Assembly (NCBI GenBank): GCA_022824585.1
Contig: JAJDZN010000124.1
Span: forward strand, 2,029 to 66,028
Length of the DNA stretch: 64,000 nucleotides
Direction of reading: 5' to 3'
Origin: Bryobacterales bacterium
Lineage (GTDB): Bacteria; Acidobacteriota; Terriglobia; Bryobacterales; UBA6623
Below are positions 58,079 to 64,000 of the stretch, one piece after another. Positions within the stretch are counted from its first letter, which is position 1; the number at the start of each line of letters is the position of its first letter. The notes under the pieces were generated by a model. It saw only the letters and a program-made list of their open reading frames with translations. It made no database searches and was not told where the DNA came from. The position numbers and the translations under genes were made by a program.

Positions 58079-58807
58079 CTAGTCGGCCTTCTCTAGATAA
58101 AACACGCGCGGCTTGGTGCCGAGGCTCTCGAGCAGCTGCCCGGACCGCCCGCTGCCGAGCTGCCTGGCGACCTTGCTGTTGGCATCGCTCATGTCGCCGA
58201 ACACCATAGCCTCGGCAGGACAGGACTGCACGCAGGCCGGTTGCACGTCGCCGTCTGCCAGCTCGCGACCGTCGGCGTCCGCATCGAGCTTGGCGCGCTT
58301 GATCTTGTGGGCGCAGAACGTGCATTTCTCCACGACGCCCGACGGGCGGATGGAAACGTCCGGGTTGAGCTGCAAATTCAGCGGCTCGGCCCACTCTGGG
58401 GCGAACCAATTGAAGAAGCGAACCGTATAGGGGCAGTTGTTGGCGCAATAGCGCGTGCCGATACAGCGGTTGTAGATCTGGACGTTGAGGCCCTCGGCGT
58501 TCTGATAGGTGGCGTTGACCGGGCAGACCGGCTCGCAGGGAGCCTCGTCGCACTGCTGGCACATCACCGGACGGTACTTGACCTTGATGTCCGGGAACTC
58601 GCCCTCGTAATAGCGGTCGATGCGAATCCAGTGCTTCGTGCGGCCCATAGCCGCTTGGTCCTCGCCGGCGGTCGGGACGTTGTTCTCCGAGGCGCATGCC
58701 ACGACGCACGCCTCGCAGCCGGTGCAGCGGTCTAGGTCGATCGCCATCGCCCACTGGGGCGTCCGCTCCGCACCTTGCTCGGCTTGCTGAGTGGTTTGTT
58801 CGGCCAT
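58079..58807 (-). CDS. 4Fe-4S ferredoxin-type iron-sulfur subunit (ActB2-like)
   Basis: Multiple Cys clusters: CTGCEACVVAC, CQQCDEAPC, CIGTRYCANNCP, CTFC. Confidence 0.9.
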   Translation of the reverse strand: MAEQTTQQAEQGAERTPQWAMAIDLDRCTGCEACVVACASENNVPTAGEDQAAMGRTKHWIRIDRYYEGEFPDIKVKYRPVMCQQCDEAPCEPVCPVNATYQNAEGLNVQIYNRCIGTRYCANNCPYTVRFFNWFAPEWAEPLNLQLNPDVSIRPSGVVEKCTFCAHKIKRAKLDADADGRELADGDVQPACVQSCPAEAMVFGDMSDANSKVARQLGSGRSGQLLESLGTKPRVFYLEKAD

Positions 58808-58821
58808 CGAGTTCCTCCGTT

Positions 58822-60963
58822 CTAGACTCTGTGTGGCGGCAAGTCCCGATCCTGCCGCGAGAACTGCACGAGCCGCGCGCCCCCGGCAATCTTCTCGATG
58901 CTAATCGGCGTCGGGCCCATGGCCGGGCAGCCCGTCCGTTCGTCACGCGCGTCGCCCACGATGACCATGGGGTTCGCCCCCCGGCCAGAGGCGTAGCGCC
59001 CGTAGGAGGCGTGTCCTTGGCCCAGGGCCATGGACACGACCCCGGGAATCGCCGCAGGGTTGACGTAAACCGGGGCTTCCAAGGCGCCATGTTCGGATCG
59101 AATCCGCACGGTGTCACCGTTGGCGAGGCCGAGCCTTGCAGCGGTTGCCGGGTCCACCTCTACCGGCAGCCCCCACAGCGCGCTCGACGTCGGATCGGGC
59201 AGTTCTTGCAGCCACGGGCGGTTGGCGCCGCTTCCAGAGCCGAACTGCGGCGACTCGTACGCTTGAAATACGACGCCCGCCTGTTTGGAGGCTATCTCGA
59301 ATGTACCCAAGCCCCCCGGCGTCGCTGGCGGCTTCCCGGAGGGCTGTCGCTGCCAGCCTCCGTCTTGGAAGATCTTTGCCTCGAAGTCCGACGCCGAAGT
59401 TCCCGAACCGGCAGATTCGACCGCGGAGTGCAGCGTGCTCACCGCCTCTTCTACCGTAATTTCTTCGAACGGCCGTTCCGCCGCCTCCGCCAACTGAGAC
59501 AAGACGGTCGCGGTCAGTCGCGAATCGTAGAGTGGCGCGACAAACTCCCCAGCCGCCGCAAACGATGGGGTCGGCGATACGGCAGGCACTTCGAGCAGCG
59601 CCTGCTCGAGCGGATCGTGGTCGGGCAGGATGAGGTCCGCGACCGCGGATGTGTCGTCCAAGAAGGGCGAGAAGCTGATAACAGTCTCCGCTTCGGCCAG
59701 CGCGCTCTGGCTCGCCGGGGCGTTGTAGGCCGGATTCACGCCGTCGACCAGCACAACGGAGGCTTGTCCCAAGCGCTCGGGCCAATCCGCGGAGAAGGCG
59801 CTTTGCGGGGCAAGCAGGCCCAACGGCTCGGTCGGTGGAATCACTCCGCCGGGCTTGCCCACGCAGCCGAGCAGCCAGTTCAAGGCTGAGGCGGCCGCGA
59901 CAGCGTCGGCGGAGTTCTGGCGCACCATCGAAGCGCCGGCCACCACCACGGGCGCGGACGCTTGGGCCAGCTCGGACGCCGTCTGCCGGATTGCCTCGAC
60001 GGGCACTCCGGCCGCCGCCGCGGCCTGTTCGAGATCGACGTCAGCAAAGACCGATACAACGCTCGTCGGCGCGTCGGCGATCTGCTCGCTCAGCAGGACC
60101 TGTCCGATAGCGAGCGCGAGCGCGAGTTCTCCGCCAGGCCAGACGGGCAGCCATCGATCGGCATTCCAAGCCGTGAGCGAGAATCTGGATTCGGCGTGGA
60201 TGAGCCGCCCGCGCAGCTCGCGGCGCCCTTGGCGCATGTGCCCGTAGCGCCTCGAATACAGCACCGGCGACGCCCACCCGCCAAGGAAGTCCGCTCCTAT
60301 TGACAGCACTAGGGTGGAGTCTTGGATCTCATATAGCGGCAGGCCGCTTCGTCCGAACACGCGTGTGGAGGCCTGGCGCTCGGCGGCGAAGTCGCCGACT
60401 CCGATGCTGGTGGCGGGCGGGGCGCCGATGGCGTCTAGAAAGCGGGCGATGTTCTCCGAGCGAACGCCTTCGCGGGCTCTTGCCAAGAACAGGATCCGGC
60501 CGGGATCGGCGGCCGCCAAGGCCCGGGCGGCTTCCGCGATCGCGTCATCCCATGAAACGGCTTCGAACTGGCCGGAGGCGCGCGGGCCGACCCGCTTCAT
60601 CGGGCTGCGCAGCCGGTCCGGGTTGTAGAGCGACTGCAGGGAAGCGTGGCCGCGGGCGCAAAGTCGCCCGCCGCTGACGGGATCGAGGGGGTTGCCTTCG
60701 AGTTTCTTGACGGCTGCGATCTTCTGGCGGACAAGTTCGCCGTCGACCTGGATCTCGCGTTCCGACGCCATCACCCGGGCTAGCGTGCCGCAGGCCGCCG
60801 AGCACTCGCCGCACACGCTTGGGTACCACTGCTCCACGCCGACCGGGACGCTCTCCTCGGGCACGAGCAGGGGGATGATTTCCTCGGCTTGGCGGCCACA
60901 GGCGCCAGTTACCGCGCCGCCAGAGGCGGTCCCGACGAGCTTTACGAAGTTACGCCGGTCCAT
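58822..60963 (-). CDS. molybdopterin-oxidoreductase-fold subunit with Tat signal (ActB1-like)
   Basis: MDRRNFVKLVGTASGGAVTGAC, followed by CGECSAACG...LCARG (a CX2CX3C...C pattern). Confidence 0.85.
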   Translation of the reverse strand: MDRRNFVKLVGTASGGAVTGACGRQAEEIIPLLVPEESVPVGVEQWYPSVCGECSAACGTLARVMASEREIQVDGELVRQKIAAVKKLEGNPLDPVSGGRLCARGHASLQSLYNPDRLRSPMKRVGPRASGQFEAVSWDDAIAEAARALAAADPGRILFLARAREGVRSENIARFLDAIGAPPATSIGVGDFAAERQASTRVFGRSGLPLYEIQDSTLVLSIGADFLGGWASPVLYSRRYGHMRQGRRELRGRLIHAESRFSLTAWNADRWLPVWPGGELALALAIGQVLLSEQIADAPTSVVSVFADVDLEQAAAAAGVPVEAIRQTASELAQASAPVVVAGASMVRQNSADAVAAASALNWLLGCVGKPGGVIPPTEPLGLLAPQSAFSADWPERLGQASVVLVDGVNPAYNAPASQSALAEAETVISFSPFLDDTSAVADLILPDHDPLEQALLEVPAVSPTPSFAAAGEFVAPLYDSRLTATVLSQLAEAAERPFEEITVEEAVSTLHSAVESAGSGTSASDFEAKIFQDGGWQRQPSGKPPATPGGLGTFEIASKQAGVVFQAYESPQFGSGSGANRPWLQELPDPTSSALWGLPVEVDPATAARLGLANGDTVRIRSEHGALEAPVYVNPAAIPGVVSMALGQGHASYGRYASGRGANPMVIVGDARDERTGCPAMGPTPISIEKIAGGARLVQFSRQDRDLPPHRV

Positions 60964-61077
60964 GCTAGCCAGCCTCCGCACAGGCGGTTTGCCCGCGCCC
61001 GCGAAGCGTACACGGCAGAGCCGCTGGGATGGCAGGGCGCACTATGGCTTGCACGGTCGGTTGCATCAGGGGCTGGC

Positions 61078-61641
61078 CTAGTAGTGGCATGCCAGGCAGT
61101 CGTCGGTGGCGGAATTCTCGCGGTGGCACTGAATGCAGGAGCCCATGGTGTGCGTCACCGCCTTGACCGCGACCGTCATGGACGCCACGTCACCGTGGCA
61201 CTGAGAGCAAGCGATTTCCGCCCTCGCGTGCGGCGCGTGGCGAAACTGCACCGCAGCCGTCTTGGCAAACCCGTAGATGCGTTCCCAGGGCACCTCGTGC
61301 TTGCGCTCCCAGTATTCGCTCAGGCGCACCACCTCGGGTAAGTCCGTCGCGATGAACTGGTGGCACAGCATGCACTTGCGAATTGACGGCAGTCCGGCCG
61401 AGTCGCGCGATGTCGCGCCCTCGTGGCAGTCAGTACATTGCATGCTGGCTTTCTCGATGTGGGCCGTGTGCGAAAAGCCGATCGGCTGCTCCGCCGCCGA
61501 CGCGGTCTGAACGACTAGGAGCAGCAAGGCTGAGAGCATTGCCAGGGACACGAGGAATTCGGCCCAAACGGATGTACAGGATAACCCAGCCGCGGATGCC
61601 GGCTCCAGTCGGACCGCGCGGGCAGCGGGTCTGGCCTTCAT
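61078..61641 (-). CDS. actA: pentaheme c-type cytochrome (ActA-like)
   Basis: Five CxxCH motifs: CTDCH, CMLCH, CSQCH, CIQCH, CLACH. N-terminal TM anchor. The ATG at 61641 overlaps the upstream TGA as ATGA. Confidence 0.85.
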   Translation of the reverse strand: MKARPAARAVRLEPASAAGLSCTSVWAEFLVSLAMLSALLLLVVQTASAAEQPIGFSHTAHIEKASMQCTDCHEGATSRDSAGLPSIRKCMLCHQFIATDLPEVVRLSEYWERKHEVPWERIYGFAKTAAVQFRHAPHARAEIACSQCHGDVASMTVAVKAVTHTMGSCIQCHRENSATDDCLACHY

Positions 61642-62228
61642 CCGTCTCCCAGTGCCTTCTCGAGAAGTGCTCGGCACGCGGGCGAGTATTCGATCTGGAG
61701 GGCCGCCGATCGGCCGGCCTCGGACATCTTCCTCCATGTTTTGCGCAGGATGTTGACCATGCTGTCTTCGCCTTGGTCTCCGGCAAAGGGCGCGAAATAG
61801 TGGTCCAAGAACACCAAGCACGCTACGTCCTCCAACAGCTGTGCTAGGCGGTCGGTCCTGAAGCGCTCCTTGCGGATGATGGATTGGACGCGCAGCACGC
61901 TGCTGTCATCGAAGCCGCAGTCGCGCATGATCGCGCCGGCGGTGTCGGCGTGGAAGCGCCCGAGCTCGCTGCGCCAAGCGAGGTAGGCACGCCTGCCCGC
62001 AGGGTAGCTGTCGCGCGGGATCTCCCAGCGGCGGATGTGTTGGGCTCGCACCGCCAGCCGCACTTCGTCCGGGGCGTTCGGCTCGAGCCGGTCCAGCCAG
62101 GCCGACATGCGCTTCGCGTATGACAGTTCCTTGGGCTCGCCGCCGGGCTCGCGGTTGGGATCCTCCGCGTTCGCCGCGTCGAACATTTCCATGCAGCGGC
62201 GCACGCGGGCCTTGTCCACATCGCTCAT
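61638..62228 (-). CDS. DUF4202 domain protein
   Basis: VRLAVRAQHIRRWEIPRDSYP...YLAWR...VACLVFLDHYF blocks. The ATG at 62228 overlaps the rsmE TGA as ATGA. Confidence 0.7.
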   Translation of the reverse strand: MSDVDKARVRRCMEMFDAANAEDPNREPGGEPKELSYAKRMSAWLDRLEPNAPDEVRLAVRAQHIRRWEIPRDSYPAGRRAYLAWRSELGRFHADTAGAIMRDCGFDDSSVLRVQSIIRKERFRTDRLAQLLEDVACLVFLDHYFAPFAGDQGEDSMVNILRKTWRKMSEAGRSAALQIEYSPACRALLEKALGDG

Positions 62229-62942
62229 CTTCCACTCTCGATGCCGCAGCGGCTGGCACAGATGGCGGCCAGAGCGACAGCCGCTGTCTCGGCCCTCAGC
62301 ACGTTGCGTCCGAGGCTCGCGGCCTTGAAACCGCTCTCGTGCGCCAATTGCGACTCTTGCTGCGTCCAACCGCCCTCGGGGCCGACAAGGAGGGTTGTCT
62401 CGTGGCCGCAGCAGACGCTTGCCACGGGCGGGCCAGCCGGTTCGGCCAATAGCTTCGTATCGCTGGCACAGTCTTGGACAGCGTCAGCGAAGGCCACCGG
62501 CGCTGGCACCGTCGGCGCGGCCAGCCGTCGCGACTGCTGGGCGGCCTCGAGTGCGATGCGCCGCCAGCGCTCGGCTCGCTTCTCGGCCGACTGTACCAGC
62601 ATGGCGTCGCTGCGGGCGGCGATCAGCGGCGTAATCGAATGCACGCCGAGTTCGGTCAGCTTTTCGACAGCCCACTCGAAGCGGGCGAACTTGACGATTG
62701 CCAGCACCACGCTCAGCCGCGGGAACTCGGGCTCTGCGGGCAGCGCGCCTTCGATACGGAAGCGCACCTCGGTCGGCGTGCAGCTCTCGGTGAGGGCTCG
62801 ATAGGCCGTCACTTGGTCGGAGACCTCGACCTGATTCCCCCGCCCGCAGGCGCGCCACCCGCGCGAGGTGATGTGCTTGGGAGCCGCGAGCGACTGCCGC
62901 GCCGCCCTCGATCCCGTCCACGAACACGCGTCGCAGGGCCAT
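62225..62942 (-). pseudogene. rsmE: 16S rRNA (uracil1498-N3)-methyltransferase gene with a +1 frameshift in a G5 run (or a sequencing error)
   Basis: MALRRVFVDGIEGGAAVARGSQAHHLARVARLRAG is in one frame. It continues NQVEVSDQVTAYRALTE...LLVGPEGGWT...RAETAAV in the next frame. The switch occurs at the GGGGG run (plus-strand C run, 62837-62841). Total length is 718 nt, which is 239 codons plus 1 nt. Confidence 0.7.
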
Positions 62943-63022
62943 TTCCAACCAGCTTATCGCTTGCTTCCGCGGGGCGCCTGCCCCGCGCGATTGGCTGTCT
63001 CCCCTGATCGGTAGACTGGAGC

Positions 63023-64000
63023 ATGGGCCTGCGAATCGGAACGCCGGTCGAAGCGGACGGCGGGCACGCCGTCACTGCCGACGAGACAGCGCAAGTGGTG
63101 AGAGACCGGCTGCGCCCGCACTTTGCGGAGCTGGCGCAGTGCGGGTCGACACGCGAACTGTCGGGCCACCACCTGTATCCGCAGATCCAGCCCATAGCGG
63201 ATCGCGTGTTGGCGACGGCCGAGACCGGTACGTTCGCGACTGCGGATGCTCCCGCCAAGTCGACGTATCGCTTGCTGGCCTGGAACATCGAGCGCGGCAT
63301 AGAGTTCAAGGCCCAGACGGAGGAGTTCAGGGGTCACGACTACCTGCGTTCGGCCGATGTCCTGCTACTCACCGAGACCGACGTAGGCATGGCTCGTTCG
63401 GGAAATCGCAACGTTGCCCGCGATCTGGCCCGAGAGCTGGGGCTGAACTACGCTTTCGCGCCCTGCTACTTGAACCTGTCCAAGGGGGCTGGTGTCGAGA
63501 GCGAATCCGCGGGGGAGAACGACTTGGGCTTGCACGGCAATGCGCTGCTGAGCCGCTATCCGATGCGCAATCCGCGCCGCATCGCCTTGGGGAACGGCCG
63601 CGACAAGATGCGCGGCCGTGAGAAGCGCCTGGGACAGCAGGCAGCCATCGCCGCCGAGATCGACTTGCCAGGATTGCCGCTGACGGCTTGCTCGGTTCAC
63701 TTGGACGCGCAGTCCCGCCAGCGCCACCGGCGAGACCAGATGGAGTTGGTGATCGACGGACTGCCGCCCGGCGGCCCCGCCGTGATCGCCGGCGACTGGA
63801 ATACGACGACATTCGACTCTTCGAGCGCCCGAGCGGTGATCATCGGGTATTTCGTGAGGCTGATGTTCGGCGTCAACAACATGATCAAGGGCCACTTCTT
63901 GCGGCCGTATGCCCTGTTCGAGCGCGATCTATTCCAGCTGCTGGAGCGGAGCGGCTTCGACTGGCGCTCGTCGAATGTGCTGGACGAGCGGACCACTTCC
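63023..64000 (+). CDS. endonuclease/exonuclease/phosphatase (EEP) family protein (3' end outside window)
   Basis: The ORF is absent from the track because it is open at the window end. My translation from ATG 63023 gives YRLLAWNIERG, ADVLLLTETD, GNALLSRYP, HLDA and IAGDWN, which are typical EEP blocks. Confidence 0.7.
   Translation, partial: MGLRIGTPVEADGGHAVTADETAQVVRDRLRPHFAELAQCGSTRELSGHHLYPQIQPIADRVLATAETGTFATADAPAKSTYRLLAWNIERGIEFKAQTEEFRGHDYLRSADVLLLTETDVGMARSGNRNVARDLARELGLNYAFAPCYLNLSKGAGVESESAGENDLGLHGNALLSRYPMRNPRRIALGNGRDKMRGREKRLGQQAAIAAEIDLPGLPLTACSVHLDAQSRQRHRRDQMELVIDGLPPGGPAVIAGDWNTTTFDSSSARAVIIGYFVRLMFGVNNMIKGHFLRPYALFERDLFQLLERSGFDWRSSNVLDERTTS

Overview
High-GC bacterial chromosomal segment (GC judged by eye, not computed), densely coded, with about 55 genes. 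No rRNA, tRNA or CRISPR array was seen. The gene content points to an Acidobacteriota, Planctomycetota or Gemmatimonadota-like organism; this is inference from gene families only. That content includes PSCyt/DUF1549/DUF1553 + DUF1501 and DUF1592-family + DUF1552 pairs, an alternative-complex-III-like cluster, and many Tat-signal enzymes.

Housekeeping genes are accD-folC-plsC-xylB, asd, hemE-hemY, meaB-mce and rsmE. One accessory patch (20.7-22.8 kb) holds an rve/DDE insertion element with duplicated subterminal repeats and a DUF4143 ATPase fragment. A second patch (49.9-51.1 kb) holds a truncated PIG-L deacetylase gene and a higBA module whose toxin carries a nonsense codon.

Most notable observations:
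1. A single 1400-codon ORF fuses a complete type IA topoisomerase (TopB-like) to a complete RecQ helicase.
2. A lipoprotein rhodanese has an in-frame TGA exactly at the catalytic cysteine position. It is either a candidate selenoprotein or a very recent pseudogene.
3. An operon encodes a cytochrome c, a Tat-signal ThDP enzyme and an orphan protein. It is preceded by a roughly 165-nt leader with interleaved helices and an intrinsic terminator.
4. An ActA-B1-B2-C-D respiratory module lacks ActE/ActF and is translationally chained to DUF4202 and a frameshifted rsmE.
5. Promoter -10 boxes recur 6-9 nt from start codons, suggesting leaderless mRNAs.

Many long ORFs in the supplied track are antisense shadows of real genes and were not called.
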